64,000 nucleotides of DNA from positions 224,001 to 288,000 of the forward strand of contig CAZALK010000001.1 in assembly GCA_964486045.1 (NCBI GenBank), read 5' to 3'. This document shows positions 32,422 to 43,660 of this stretch, piece by piece. Under the pieces are notes generated by a model. That model was not told the origin of the DNA. It did no database searches and saw only the letters and a program-made list of their open reading frames with translations. The first letter of the stretch is position 1, and every line of letters begins with the position of its first letter. Position numbers and translations under genes: made by a program. The stretch is from an uncultured archaeon. Lineage in GTDB: Archaea > Asgardarchaeota > Lokiarchaeia > Sigyniarchaeales > SOKP01.

Positions 32422-33654
32422 ATGAATAAGAATATCGAGAAAGGAAATACTTTAATTGTGAATGGTCCTGCAAGAATATCATTATTAGAAGGAGAATTAG
32501 AAGTTTTTGGTAAGGTAGTTCATCCAGAGAAAGGATCTTCAACACTAGAGACTGAAAATTTTAAAGCCCAAAATACTATAATAATACCTAGTGCTCAAAG
32601 TTATCCCCTATATGCAAGAGAGAAGTCAGAATTAGAAATCTATACTAATTATGAGGAAAATCTAAAATTGATTGGGAAAAACTCAATTTCAGATAAATGG
32701 ATCGAGATTAAGAGTGAAATTCTAAAGGATTTAAAGAATAATATTGAATCTCCGATAAAAATAATGGTCTTAGGTATGAGTAATGGAAAAACAACCCTTA
32801 TCAAATATTTAGCTAATAGCTTTATAAAAGAAGGATTAAAAGGAGGATACCTTGATTCTGATCTTGGACAACAGATTATATATGTTCCTACAACAATCAA
32901 CTTAGGTTCTATAAAAGATTATATAGTTTCGAGTGAAGATATACATTCTGAGAGGACTGAATTTATTGGGGCAACCTTTCCGAAAGGGGATTATAAATTC
33001 ATTGTATCTATTTCGTGTAAAAAAATGATTGATGAGTTTGTAACTAACAATAAAGAAATTGATTTTATATTGATTGACACTGATGGGTGGATAAAAACTG
33101 AAGCAGGGATTATATACAAGAATTTTTTTATTAAAACTGTCGATCCCGATATTTTAATTGCATTCCATGATGATTCAATTGAAGAATTAAGTGATATTGA
33201 GAAAGCAGCTGCAAAACAAAGTAAAAGTAGAAAAATCTTCTTAATTGAAGAAGAAAATGAGTATTTCTATGAAAAAGATAAGGAGGAGAGAAGATTTTTA
33301 AGACAAAGTCAGTTTTCCAAGAAATTTGAGATGTTTAGGAAGATGACTATCCCCTTAAATGACATGAAGTTTATAAAAACATATTTTGATAAGGAGAAAG
33401 AAGAGATTTTTGAAAGTGAAATAGATATTAATGAGTTAATAAAACTCCCTTATCATTATGTCATAATTGGGCTATTATCAGAAGATTCCGAATTAGTAGA
33501 AATTGGACTTCTTTTCACGATTAATATTGAGAAAAATTATATTTTGCTTTATTCAAACTTGACTTATAAACAGCAACTGAAAGTTAAAAAAATTTTACTT
33601 GGATCTTTACGACTCTCGACCAAAGGCAACCATCAGGGGTATTTATATCTCTAA
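32422..33654 (+). CDS. Clp1/Nol9-like polynucleotide 5'-hydroxyl kinase
   Basis: VNGPARI N-domain, shortened P-loop GMSNGKTT, DSDLGQ, IDTDGW and RRFLR. Confidence 0.8.
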   Translation: MNKNIEKGNTLIVNGPARISLLEGELEVFGKVVHPEKGSSTLETENFKAQNTIIIPSAQSYPLYAREKSELEIYTNYEENLKLIGKNSISDKWIEIKSEILKDLKNNIESPIKIMVLGMSNGKTTLIKYLANSFIKEGLKGGYLDSDLGQQIIYVPTTINLGSIKDYIVSSEDIHSERTEFIGATFPKGDYKFIVSISCKKMIDEFVTNNKEIDFILIDTDGWIKTEAGIIYKNFFIKTVDPDILIAFHDDSIEELSDIEKAAAKQSKSRKIFLIEEENEYFYEKDKEERRFLRQSQFSKKFEMFRKMTIPLNDMKFIKTYFDKEKEEIFESEIDINELIKLPYHYVIIGLLSEDSELVEIGLLFTINIEKNYILLYSNLTYKQQLKVKKILLGSLRLSTKGNHQGYLYL

Positions 33655-34211
33655 TTTTTGATTTTTTCAATATTTTCTTTTCTATTTTCAATTCTTGTAA
33701 AATTATTAACATAATTACCTGTGAAAAATCAATCGAGATTGAATGTCTTACCCCGGTATTGCTCGATCAACTGGGTTATATCGAAACCTTGAGTGTCGTA
33801 AGAAGCCATTATCTATAATAATAAGGTCAAGATATTTAATAACTTATTCTCTAAAGATTTATAATAAAACTAAATGAAAATTGATAATAGCGAAAAAGGG
33901 TACTTGAAAAATATATCTATAAGGTTGAAGTAACTGAAGTCGCTCCTTCCCAATCTCGAGATTTTCGATATTAGGTTTCTTTTTGTTACAAATCAACAAA
34001 ATATAATATTATTTAATAAGTAGTAGGTAGTAATTAGTAAGACCTTGTTCTACGATTGTTATCGAATCTTATCTCTTTTTTTTTATTTCTGAAAGAAAAA
34101 AATAATTTTTTACCTAAACCATTATGGCTAAAAATTTAATTTTTCTTACATACACTTAAATAGGAAAGAAATAAAGTTTAAATAGAACTTAGAAAAAAAA
34201 AAGACAAAAAC

Positions 34212-34370
34212 ATGAAATTTAAGAAACTTTCTTCAATCTTATTAGGATTAAGCATAATAATATCTTCTCTTTTTATCGTTATGTTTTTTTTCGGCACCCC
34301 AGATAACACAGAAAATCCAGAAAAGCCAGAAAATATTGATACAACATTCCCGATAGTGGAAATGAACTGA
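34212..34370 (+). CDS. 52-aa signal/TM-anchored peptide, possibly a truncated secreted protein
   Basis: MKFKKLSSILLGLSIIISSLFIVMFFFGTPDNTENPEKPEN... by hand translation. Confidence 0.4.
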   Translation: MKFKKLSSILLGLSIIISSLFIVMFFFGTPDNTENPEKPENIDTTFPIVEMN

Positions 34371-34514
34371 CAGGGCATTATTGACTCTTTCAAGATAAGA
34401 TCACTTTATGATTTAAATAAATAAAAATTATAGTTGAAAATTCAAATTTTTTTATTATAAAGAAATAACAGATCCATAATTAAAAAATAACTTAACAGAA
34501 AAAAGTGGATAATT

Positions 34515-34733
34515 ATGGATTTAGACACATATGTCTCAAGTGTTGAGGATGGGCTTGAATTCCTTATTGCATTCTTCTCGTTATTGGGATTCATAGGACT
34601 CCTTGCGGGATTTGGAATATTATTTCTAGGAGGGAGATTCAATAGGGGAGCAGCCTTTAAAGTTATAATCATTAGCTTAATTATTGTCGGGATAACGGGA
34701 ATGTACACCGGGGTTAAATACTTTCGCTTATGA
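34515..34733 (+). CDS. Small two-TM protein, VirB2/CedA1 pilin-like size and topology
   Basis: 72 aa; two Gly-rich hydrophobic helices joined by a basic loop. Confidence 0.5.
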   Translation: MDLDTYVSSVEDGLEFLIAFFSLLGFIGLLAGFGILFLGGRFNRGAAFKVIIISLIIVGITGMYTGVKYFRL

Positions 34734-34795
34734 ATAAGAATCTAATTTACTTTATTTTTTTTTTATTTTTTTATAATTATTAGATTATATTCGCA

Positions 34796-35011
34796 ATGTC
34801 AAAAATAACAAATCCAACTATTCCTAGAACTATTAATATATGTCCTAAGTGTAATAAAGGAATTAAAATAACTCAAGATAAAAGTATGAATAAAGATGAA
34901 ATAATTGAATGGTTTACTACCTTCATCAATAGAAATAAAGATCGTTTCACATTAGACTGGCTTAGAGAGCAAAGGTTAACATTTGAGAGTATTTATGAAA
35001 TGAGAAAATAA
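34796..35011 (+). CDS. Hypothetical small protein or relic
   Basis: 71-aa ORF with a single CPKC. Confidence 0.35.
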   Translation: MSKITNPTIPRTINICPKCNKGIKITQDKSMNKDEIIEWFTTFINRNKDRFTLDWLREQRLTFESIYEMRK

Positions 35012-35037
35012 CCTTATTATGTGCTAATCACCTCATA

Positions 35038-35550
35038 TTGGGAAATAATGCAAGTTATAATGGTAATGCAGGGATATCATTAGGATTATGGAGGGAGAGT
35101 AATAATAACGAAATTACTGGAAATATAGCAAATAATAACACTTATGGCTTCTATCTTAGTCTCTCCGACAATAATACTCTTTACCTCAATAATCTTGTAG
35201 ATAATATCTTAAATGTTTATTCTTATAATTCGAGCAATAAATGGGACTCACAAAAACAAATAAAGTACATCTATAAAGGTATAACCTACACGAATTACCT
35301 AGGTAATTATTGGGATAATTACACGGGGATTGATAATAATAACGATGGAATTGGAGATACTCCCCTCATCATAGGCGGAGTTATTGACAATTATCCGTTG
35401 ATGGAACCAATTGAGAATTATGAAATTATTGAAATGCTTGAACCTTCAGAAGTCTCTGATAGTGGAATTCCTGGATATAACCCAATCTTTCTACTTGGCA
35501 TTCTATCCGTTGTAGTAATCATCCTAAGTAAAAAATTGAAGAAATCTTAA
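35038..35550 (+). pseudogene. C-terminal fragment of a NosD/CASH beta-helix surface protein with Loki-CTERM-type sorting tail
   Basis: Asn-rich repeats, GNYWDNY...DGIGDTP...DNYPLM, ends IPGY + TM + KKLKKS; no signal peptide or N-terminus. Confidence 0.7.
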
Positions 35551-35672
35551 AATCTATTTTTGTCTTTTTTTGTTTTATTTTTTTAAAAAGCTTAGTTCTT
35601 AACACTCTTTATTACAATTTTTTTTAAATTAACGAAAATACTCAAACAATTTTATAAAAAAAAAAAGGATTT

Positions 35673-36029
35673 TTAATGATATCCTTGAGGAATTTCCTTA
35701 CCATGAGTTATTATTCCCCATAAACTGGGATTAAAAAAGTTAAAAGCGACCCATACTAGCATAAATCCTAATAGTGCCCATTTTATACCTTTTAAACTTC
35801 CTGTAAACATCCTGATAAATCCGATTCCCAAAAGTATTAATCCTCCATATAAAAGAAAAGTGCCTATTTTCTCGAAGATGCCAGATACAAAATTTCCAAT
35901 TTGGTATCTTAAATTCCCTCCAAAAAATGGAAAATAGATAGCCGCAAAGGCGACTATCCCAAAAAAAACCCAAAAAACCTTCGATCCTCTTCTCCCTCTA
36001 TGATATCCATAATAATCTCGACGACTCAT
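35673..36029 (-). CDS. Small membrane protein (3 TM)
   Basis: GGAGGTG SD directly upstream; three hydrophobic segments. Confidence 0.7.
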   Translation of the reverse strand: MSRRDYYGYHRGRRGSKVFWVFFGIVAFAAIYFPFFGGNLRYQIGNFVSGIFEKIGTFLLYGGLILLGIGFIRMFTGSLKGIKWALLGFMLVWVAFNFFNPSLWGIITHGKEIPQGYH

Positions 36030-36042
36030 TTAAACACCTCCC

Positions 36043-36705
36043 TTAATTTATGAACAGCTGACTTAAGTATGTCATTGAAAAATTATCCTTAAACACATCT
36101 GGTTTTAATTTTCTCGTTTTAAAATCGAGGATTAAGTAATAAGAAATTCCGCTTACGACTAAGATTCCCAAAATTAAAAGATAAAACGAAACCAAGTGCA
36201 CTTCTTGATTTACAAGACCTTTAATTCCAGAATAAACCATTAAGCTGCTAAAAATTAAGGTAAAACCTAAAAATATCCTATAACCCATATTCTCTAGCTT
36301 ATTGCTTGATATTTTAAAGAAATTATTATTCTCAAAATTATTAGCTTTACTTAAGAAAGATTCAATTCTGATGATCGAACTGTTTTTAACAGTATTTTCT
36401 TGGCACCTGTTCAAAAAAAGAATATTTACTTTACAATCTTCAATCGAAATATGTTTACAACGATATAGAGTAAGGGATGTTAAAGTCAGGTTTCTTAGAG
36501 TTAAATAAAGTTGACTGTTCGATAAAATCAATTTTAAAGGTAAGTTTCTTCCCGGATTTACAATGATAGGGCTCTCTTTCGTGCCTTGGCCCACCCATCC
36601 CAAATTTTTAGCAACAAGTACTAAATTATTCTCATCTAGTTTTAACTTAAAATTCTTAAATTTAATGTTGTACTCTGTAGGTTCATTATTTTTTAATAAC
36701 TGTAT
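36043..36705 (-). CDS. Short beta-helix domain plus 2 TM protein; probable ATA start at 36705
   Basis: WVGQGTKESPII motif typical of beta-helix proteins; frame stays open to an ATA 6 nt downstream of GAGGTG. Confidence 0.55.
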   Translation of the reverse strand: MQLLKNNEPTEYNIKFKNFKLKLDENNLVLVAKNLGWVGQGTKESPIIVNPGRNLPLKLILSNSQLYLTLRNLTLTSLTLYRCKHISIEDCKVNILFLNRCQENTVKNSSIIRIESFLSKANNFENNNFFKISSNKLENMGYRIFLGFTLIFSSLMVYSGIKGLVNQEVHLVSFYLLILGILVVSGISYYLILDFKTRKLKPDVFKDNFSMTYLSQLFIN

Positions 36706-36889
36706 TTTTTACACCTCATGTTTATTTTTAGGTTAGAAGGCTATATTAGCCTACATATTTAAATAAAAAAATTCAAAATGTAGAGAAAAAATATATTTGG
36801 TAGGATTAGAAATTTCAAAAGTTTTTTATTTAAATAGATTTAACGTATTTCGATTTATCAAATATTAAACCATTAAAACATGAAAAAAT

Positions 36890-37663
36890 ATGTTTGAAGA
36901 ATTACCCTATATCATCGGATTTATGTTATTTTCAGTTGTGATCTCATATGTGCTGTTAACATACACCCCTGAGCCCCTTATAAAAATAATTCAAGGATTA
37001 AGTGTCATTGGGATTGTAATACATGAATTATGCCACTTACTAATGTGTTTTATCACAAACACACATGTAGAGAGCGTTTCTCTAATAAAAAGGATTAAAA
37101 TGGATAAACAAGATAAACAATATGGATATGGTGGTGAAGTAAATGTTAAGGAGGAGCGGATTTCCTTTTTACAGGGTTTTTTAATAGGGTTTGCTCCTTT
37201 ATACTTTTCCTTTTGGCTATTTTTCTTTTTATGGGGACAAATCTCTAACCCTCATATAGATATTTGGCTCTTTTTTTTCTATCTCTTTGTTATGATTTCA
37301 ATATCATTCTCAGCAGCCCCCTCCTTCGCTGACTTAGCCCTGATACCTAAGGCTTTTTATACCGACATTTGGTATTCATTATATCAGATTTTTCTGGTGC
37401 TAATATCGATATTTTTAGTATTGGGAATAGCTTATACTTTTAATTTGAACTCCTTCCATGAAATTTTCAGCTATGTCTTCATATTTTTAGTGTATTATTT
37501 CTTTAAATACGGATTTAAAGGTATAAACTACTTCATACAAAATATCTCCTCAGATAAAATGAGACCACCTCGTTTTAAAAAGATCCATTATAGAGACTTA
37601 ACTCGTCGAAGGAGAAAACCAATTCAATTTAGAAAATTAAAAAAATTTGAATATGAATATTAA
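36890..37663 (+). CDS. Membrane zinc metalloprotease, M50-like
   Basis: IHELCH within hydrophobic context, GFAPL and APSFADL; multiple TM. Confidence 0.7.
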   Translation: MFEELPYIIGFMLFSVVISYVLLTYTPEPLIKIIQGLSVIGIVIHELCHLLMCFITNTHVESVSLIKRIKMDKQDKQYGYGGEVNVKEERISFLQGFLIGFAPLYFSFWLFFFLWGQISNPHIDIWLFFFYLFVMISISFSAAPSFADLALIPKAFYTDIWYSLYQIFLVLISIFLVLGIAYTFNLNSFHEIFSYVFIFLVYYFFKYGFKGINYFIQNISSDKMRPPRFKKIHYRDLTRRRRKPIQFRKLKKFEYEY

Positions 37664-37678
37664 AAAAAAGTTTTTAAA

Positions 37679-39700
37679 ATGGAAGCAGCTTATTGGTTAG
37701 TTAAAGTAATACTGTCACAAGGTCCCGCGAAACAAGAAAAAGAAACTTTCCTCGATTATGAGAATAAAAACAAAATTGAGATTGAAAAAACGTGGTTAAG
37801 CAATTTTTTCCAGAATGATACAGTGTATGGATTAGAACTTACTTCAATAGGTAATAAAATTGTATGGGAATTCTTTGTTAAGGCCAGGACATATGAACAA
37901 GCAATTATAAAGGGAAGTCTACTACTCAAATCATTAAAAATGAAGTTCCCTGGATTGTCTGGAACATGTAAGGCGATTCCCATTACAATTGAATATTTCT
38001 CCAATCAAAATTCAGTTCTTTATGAACTTGTATTACCTTCCCAAATAACAAACAAAATCCGATTTTTCATTATAAAACAATTCATTCAAAATAGTAGAGA
38101 CAACCCTAATAAGAACCGTATTTTAAGATTATTTATATTATGGCAAGAAGATGATTCTGTCTCTCGTTCCAATATGTTCCCACATGGTTTCTCGCAATTT
38201 GGAGACTTTAAAATCAAAATTTATGTAAAAATTGATTTCAAAAATAAACCATTTAAAAATAAGAAATCTGTAGATCCCCTACTACAAGCTGAGCTAGATT
38301 TCCTTACAATGAATATCTTAAATCTTAAAAGAGAAGGCGCTTGTATAAAGGAAGTATCCAGCGATATATTGAAAAATATCTATGAAGGAAAAGTTTTCTG
38401 GGTGAACTATAATCGAGTACGTACTGGGTTAAGATATTCCTTAATAATGCACAAAATTCCGTTGATGATACGACCATCGTTCATTAAACCATATAATGGA
38501 GATTTTAATTTCCCTGGGCTCTCTGGATTACCAAGACCATTTATTTTAGAAGATGAGAAAATTATCGACTTGGATATTTCAGAGAATGATCAAAATTTTA
38601 TTTGGTTCGGAAAAATATTGCGACAAGGTGTCCCAACTGAAGATAATGCTTATTTTCATATAGATAACCTCTCGCAAAGCTGTATTATCGCAGGAGAGAC
38701 AGGAACAGGTAAAACTAACTGTGCAAGTATAATTGTTAATGAGATTAATAGAAAAGCACCTCAAATTGGTATTTTAACCATAGGATTGTCAAAAAAAAAT
38801 CAAGATATCTTTTTTAAACCTGATAAAATCATTAGGTATGGGGATGAAGAACTAAAAATTCCATATTTTGTTAAACCCAACTCGAACGTGATGACTTTGG
38901 AAAAATATGCCCAAGAAACTGCTATGTATTTAACTGCTGGTATTGGTTTGAAGGGTACTGCTACAACTTGTACCTACAATACTATGATGGCTTTTGAGGG
39001 TGCAACAAATTGCCCAAAAACCCCAACTAAACTGTTTGAATCGACTCTAAACTATCTTGATCATCCAGACCATAAATATCATGAAAAGTTTCACACTAAT
39101 ATTAAATCTGAGATATTAAATAATGTATCTGAACGCTTTAATGACCCTATTATTGAAAAAGTTCTCACTTTGACTCCTGAAATCCCGAAATGGTTTAAAC
39201 AATGGCGAAATGGAATGAACATCTATATTGACCTTACAGAAGCTAGTGTCTGGTCGAAAATAATTGCATGTTTTGCTTTATTTCAAATGATAAAGACTCT
39301 TACTACCGAGTTCGACGTTCATACGTTAAATAACCTGATTGTGATTGATGAAATTAAACATCTTGGGGGAAAACCACTATCCACTCACCCATATGATGAT
39401 TTTCGCATCGCTAAAGAACGTCTAGAAATTATCTTGAAAGAATTACTCGAAGAATTCCGAAGCAGAGGAATAGCTTTCCTTTTAATTGATACAGACCCTT
39501 CTACCTTGTTTAAGTCTATTTCCAAATCCCCAAGCTTAAAATTCGTGTTTAGACTCGACCTTGAGAGCGGAAAATGCTTCACGCCAGACCAAAAGGAATT
39601 AAAATATATTAAAAATCAAGAACATCGACATACGATATTTTTTAATGGTGCTACAGGTGAAGAGTTTATAATTAAAACGTTAAGAAATAGGAATATATAA
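37679..39700 (+). CDS. HerA/VirB4/FtsK-superfamily ATPase (DUF87-like)
   Basis: Walker A GETGTGKT, Walker B LIVIDE, EFRSRGI arginine finger. Confidence 0.75.
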   Translation: MEAAYWLVKVILSQGPAKQEKETFLDYENKNKIEIEKTWLSNFFQNDTVYGLELTSIGNKIVWEFFVKARTYEQAIIKGSLLLKSLKMKFPGLSGTCKAIPITIEYFSNQNSVLYELVLPSQITNKIRFFIIKQFIQNSRDNPNKNRILRLFILWQEDDSVSRSNMFPHGFSQFGDFKIKIYVKIDFKNKPFKNKKSVDPLLQAELDFLTMNILNLKREGACIKEVSSDILKNIYEGKVFWVNYNRVRTGLRYSLIMHKIPLMIRPSFIKPYNGDFNFPGLSGLPRPFILEDEKIIDLDISENDQNFIWFGKILRQGVPTEDNAYFHIDNLSQSCIIAGETGTGKTNCASIIVNEINRKAPQIGILTIGLSKKNQDIFFKPDKIIRYGDEELKIPYFVKPNSNVMTLEKYAQETAMYLTAGIGLKGTATTCTYNTMMAFEGATNCPKTPTKLFESTLNYLDHPDHKYHEKFHTNIKSEILNNVSERFNDPIIEKVLTLTPEIPKWFKQWRNGMNIYIDLTEASVWSKIIACFALFQMIKTLTTEFDVHTLNNLIVIDEIKHLGGKPLSTHPYDDFRIAKERLEIILKELLEEFRSRGIAFLLIDTDPSTLFKSISKSPSLKFVFRLDLESGKCFTPDQKELKYIKNQEHRHTIFFNGATGEEFIIKTLRNRNI

Positions 39701-39705
39701 CTAAA

Positions 39706-39789
39706 GATTAACAAACGAATATAGACGAAATAGATAAATTAATGGGGCAATATAGACAATGGGAGAAGGAAGGGATAAGTAAGAAATAA
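39706..39789 (+). pseudogene. Orphan 3' tail of a winged-helix/helix family gene
   Basis: D*QTNIDEIDKLMGQYRQWEKEGISKK*, nearly identical to the end of ORF 59143..60627. Confidence 0.8.
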
Positions 39790-39839
39790 TTATTGATTAA
39801 TCAGATATCTATGGTAAAACTGTCTAAAAATTAATAAAT

Positions 39840-41360
39840 ATGACGGATACAGATAAAAATCTAGAAAAATTTAGGAAAATTCTAAATGTATACAATGAAA
39901 TTAATTTAGATAAAATGGCTAAATTAATCGGTTTTAGAAACTCTATAAATTTAGAACAATGGATTCTGGATTTGCCAGAAAAATATCACACCTATTTAAC
40001 TATAAAAGGAAAAAATGTTATTATACAATCTAACATCTCAGAAATGATTGATGACCTATTAAATGAATTCGACAAATGGGATAGTAGAAAAAATGAAAAA
40101 ATCATAGAAAGAATCGATTTAAGAAAGAGCTTTTTTAGAACGAAAACAGAAACCGAATCCGTTGTTTTAGGTGATTCAAAATTAGGATCAGCAGGTAAAA
40201 AGCTTCTTAGTTTATTGCCTACACATAAAAGTATAACAAAGAATCGATTTATTAAAGTCTTTGAACTTGAAGCACTAGTAGACATTGATGAATGGCTATT
40301 AAGTCTTCCAAAAGAACTAGGTGTTTTTCTTAATGTTAAAGATAACGTCATAATGTTTGAAAAGAAAGCTTCAAGTAAGGTAAAATTAAGAATAGCAGAA
40401 CATTTTGATGATTGGATTTCAAACTTAATGAATAAACTGACAAAAGTAGATGAATCCGCTGTTAATAAAGAAATAAAAAGAATTCCAAGTATTTTAGGAG
40501 CTGGGTATCATAATTTTTTTAAAATAGATATCAAAAAGGAAAATAGAAAATCTCTAATTCTTCATATAATTGGTCATAACCAATTTACTTCAAAATCTAA
40601 ATACGGAGATAGGACTTACACTACTTTTAGAGTAAATGAAGAAGTTAAACGGAGTGTTACAGATTTCCAACCAGATATAATAGAAAAAGCAAAAAAATCT
40701 ACTGTAAAGAGGGAGATCTCTCATAGAAATGGAACCCGACACTACTATGTAAGCCCCGGAGGTAGAAACATTAGTCGTTTAATAAAAACTTCAGAAAAAG
40801 ATTTTGAAACTAGCTTAAAAAACCTCTTGATTGAAGTTATTCCTGTAAAAAATATCTCATATTCAATTATTGCCCCATCAAAAAAACAAAATATCTTAAA
40901 CGTGTCTTCACCTCGAAAAATTTGTGTTAAGTGTGGTAAAATATTTACTCCTGTAATGTGAGATGGGTGGGAGATTAAATATTTATCACTAGAAAATGTT
41001 TATATCTGTGAGGAATGTAATCCTAAACTTAAAAAAATTGTCCAGGGAGAAAATATTGAAAGATCTAATAAGGAGTTAAACATTAAAGAAACACGATCAA
41101 AAAAATCAAAGTTCAGAATCTTTTCTATATTAAATATAATACTACTTCTGGCTGTTGGATTGTCTTTACTATCCCTTTTATTCCCTATTATTATTTTTAG
41201 CATATTAGAAGTTTATTTAGTAATAAAATGGAAGTTAAAATCTAACCAACTTAAAAATTTGAAATGGGAAGAATCTGTTAGAAGAAGAGCGGTTCTGAAT
41301 AGTGTTAAACAATACGAAGGTGAATTATTAAAAAAGAAATTTATACCTGAAATCTGCTAA
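39840..41360 (+). pseudogene. N-terminal winged-helix/helix modules, Zn finger and 2 TM; split by in-frame TGA 40959-40961
   Basis: ORFs 39840..40961 and 41160..41360 are one frame; CVKC...M*DGW...CEEC spans the stop; N-terminal YNEINLDKMAKLIG...IDDLLNEFDKWD. Confidence 0.65.
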
Positions 41361-41393
41361 AATCCCAAGAAAAGCAAAAAAAATATATATTGA

Positions 41394-41456
41394 GACCAGC
41401 AAACAAACATCAAGGAAGTAGATAAGATATTACAAGAATTGAATAAAGAGAAATAG
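41394..41456 (+). pseudogene. Orphan degenerate tail-helix relic
   Basis: DQQTNIKEVDKILQELNKEK*. Confidence 0.6.
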
Positions 41457-41529
41457 AACCTAGAGAAAAAAAGAAATAGATTGTTACAAAGAATGAGTAT
41501 AATAAAAATTACAATTAAAGGTTATAATA

Positions 41530-43188
41530 ATGTGTGAGAACAAATTTAGTGATTATCTGTTTAGAATTCCTGCAAATGAATTATTCAATAAACTCTTAAA
41601 CTTACCGGAAATTTTAATTTATGGAATTCATAGGGATGGAAAACCAGAAATTTTGTACTCAAATGAAAAGGAATTTACTATTAAATGGCCTATAAGTGGT
41701 GTCGGAACCAACTCAACTAAATTTAAGCTAATTGAAAAGGAATTGAATGCAATAATTATTTATGATTTTGAATATGATTATACAGAACCAGAGGTTATTA
41801 ATCAAAATGGGAGATTAACTTTAATTTTCGAGGAGATTGCTCCTGAAAAAGTAATATTAAAAGTTTTAGTTCATGTTTTTGAACCCAGTGAATCTTTTAA
41901 AAAATATTTGAGTGGGAAGCTCAGATCAGATTTACTTTTTGGTTTAGACATGAATCATCAACTAGAAGTTTTACCAGTCAATTATTATTATACTTTTTCT
42001 AATAATGTGAGAGAGGTATTTGATTTATTATTGGATTTACCAAGTCTCTTGTTTAATTATTTTGAAAAGACTGAAGATTCAAACGAAAACGAATATACGG
42101 TTAAAATTAAAGGATATGGTGATAGTGATAATTATAGTTTTTTCAAATTTAAAATAATTGAAAAAGAATTAGATAAAAAAATTACCTATGATTATGATTT
42201 TAGAGAATCAAAAATCATTGGGACTAATCATAAGGGAAGATTATCTGTAATATTTGACGAAATTAGCCCTGTTAAAGTAAACTTAAAAGTATATAGCTAT
42301 CACGATTGGCTCGGGGAATCATTAAATAAAAAGTTAAAGAGACAAGATATTAGAAAACTATTTGTGAGGATTAGGGGGAAAATAAGAGCAGTTCATGATG
42401 GTAGTCTTGGTCTCCGTCGTGGTCTTACCCTAATTCTAGATGGGCTTAATATTACTGATATAAAGAATGAAGTAAAAGGACTTGAAAATCATACTGATTT
42501 AACTGACTTGCATCTTTTGTTTAATAACATTAAACAAATCTCTGGTCTTGACAATCTAGTAAATTTAACAAATCTTTATCTGAGAGATAATAAGATTGAG
42601 TGGATAAGCGGATTAGATAACCTTCCCAACCTGGAATTACTTGATTTAAGTGAAAACAACATACATGAGATTGAAGGTCTAGAAAACCTAACAAATCTAC
42701 GATTTTTGTATCTTAATGATAATAAAATCTCTAAAATAAGAGGAATGGAAAATCTTGAAAAACTTCAACATTTTGAAATTAAAAATAATCTAATTCCAGA
42801 GGATATTATAACGGAATTAGGAGGATATGAAAAAACTAGATACGGTACTGTCCTTGAACACGTACGTTTTCCGCAAAGATTTGTGAGATATTGCAGAAAA
42901 TCAAATATTATAACTGAACCTGAAAAAAGATTTGAAATAAAAGAAAATATACTAATAGCTAAGTTAAAGGAATTTGCAGAAGTCGCTCGAAAAATTCGGC
43001 TTAGTATGCTTAGAAATGCCTTAGATTTAGATAAGAGAACGTTTGATAACAAAATATTCAAATGGGCAAAAGAATTTAACTTTAAAATTGATGGAGATTT
43101 TATAATTATTGAGGGAGATATTACAGAATTCATTAATTCCTTAGATAATAAATTCAAGGATTGGGAAAAAGGGAGTAAAAAAATTTAA
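41530..43188 (+). CDS. Two START/SRPBCC-like repeats, SDS22-type LRR and a variant winged-helix/helix tail
   Basis: Duplicated FKLIEKELN/FKIIEKELD...GRL units; ISGLDNLVNLTNLYLRDNKI repeats; ends INSLDNKFKDWEKGSKKI. Confidence 0.75.
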   Translation: MCENKFSDYLFRIPANELFNKLLNLPEILIYGIHRDGKPEILYSNEKEFTIKWPISGVGTNSTKFKLIEKELNAIIIYDFEYDYTEPEVINQNGRLTLIFEEIAPEKVILKVLVHVFEPSESFKKYLSGKLRSDLLFGLDMNHQLEVLPVNYYYTFSNNVREVFDLLLDLPSLLFNYFEKTEDSNENEYTVKIKGYGDSDNYSFFKFKIIEKELDKKITYDYDFRESKIIGTNHKGRLSVIFDEISPVKVNLKVYSYHDWLGESLNKKLKRQDIRKLFVRIRGKIRAVHDGSLGLRRGLTLILDGLNITDIKNEVKGLENHTDLTDLHLLFNNIKQISGLDNLVNLTNLYLRDNKIEWISGLDNLPNLELLDLSENNIHEIEGLENLTNLRFLYLNDNKISKIRGMENLEKLQHFEIKNNLIPEDIITELGGYEKTRYGTVLEHVRFPQRFVRYCRKSNIITEPEKRFEIKENILIAKLKEFAEVARKIRLSMLRNALDLDKRTFDNKIFKWAKEFNFKIDGDFIIIEGDITEFINSLDNKFKDWEKGSKKI

Positions 43189-43426
43189 CATATTTTTTAA
43201 TATTTTATATATAAAATTAAAGGGATACAAACTTAATTTAGAATAATTACTACTTAATTTAGATAATTTTACAGACCTTAAATTTCTCACAAAAAATTTG
43301 TTTAAAATTATTGGGGTGCGGACATTTAAAAATGTATCGTCATAAAATGGGACATTTCATGGGGTCACTCTCCAGATGTGTCAACCTCACTCTCTCCTAC
43401 CTTTTTTTTAAATTACAAATAAGGAG

Positions 43427-43660
43427 GTGGAAAAAATGAGTAGAATAAAAAAAACTTTGAATTACATTTCAACTTTCTTATTGTTTGTATTGTTTTTTAT
43501 GATTATAGTATATATTAGTATGACTATAACAAATTTTAGCGATTTAGGAATAGAGGTCCCATTTGGAACGATTTTATTCTTTATGATTTTAATTTGTATA
43601 TTTGTTTTAATTTTTATTATCGCTCTCAATGTTTCGCAATCAGAAGAAATTGTAAAATAA
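43427..43660 (+). CDS. Small two-TM protein
   Basis: AAGGAGGTG SD upstream of ATG 43436; two hydrophobic helices. Confidence 0.6.
   Translation: MEKMSRIKKTLNYISTFLLFVLFFMIIVYISMTITNFSDLGIEVPFGTILFFMILICIFVLIFIIALNVSQSEEIVK

Noticed and set aside
33880-34200. tRNA or att site at the core/accessory boundary
   Set aside because: No cloverleaf or T-loop motif, matching att repeat or integrase could be found by eye
43310-43410. GC-richer patch as ncRNA or riboswitch
   Set aside because: Only a short ggacattt repeat; no convincing structure or known motif
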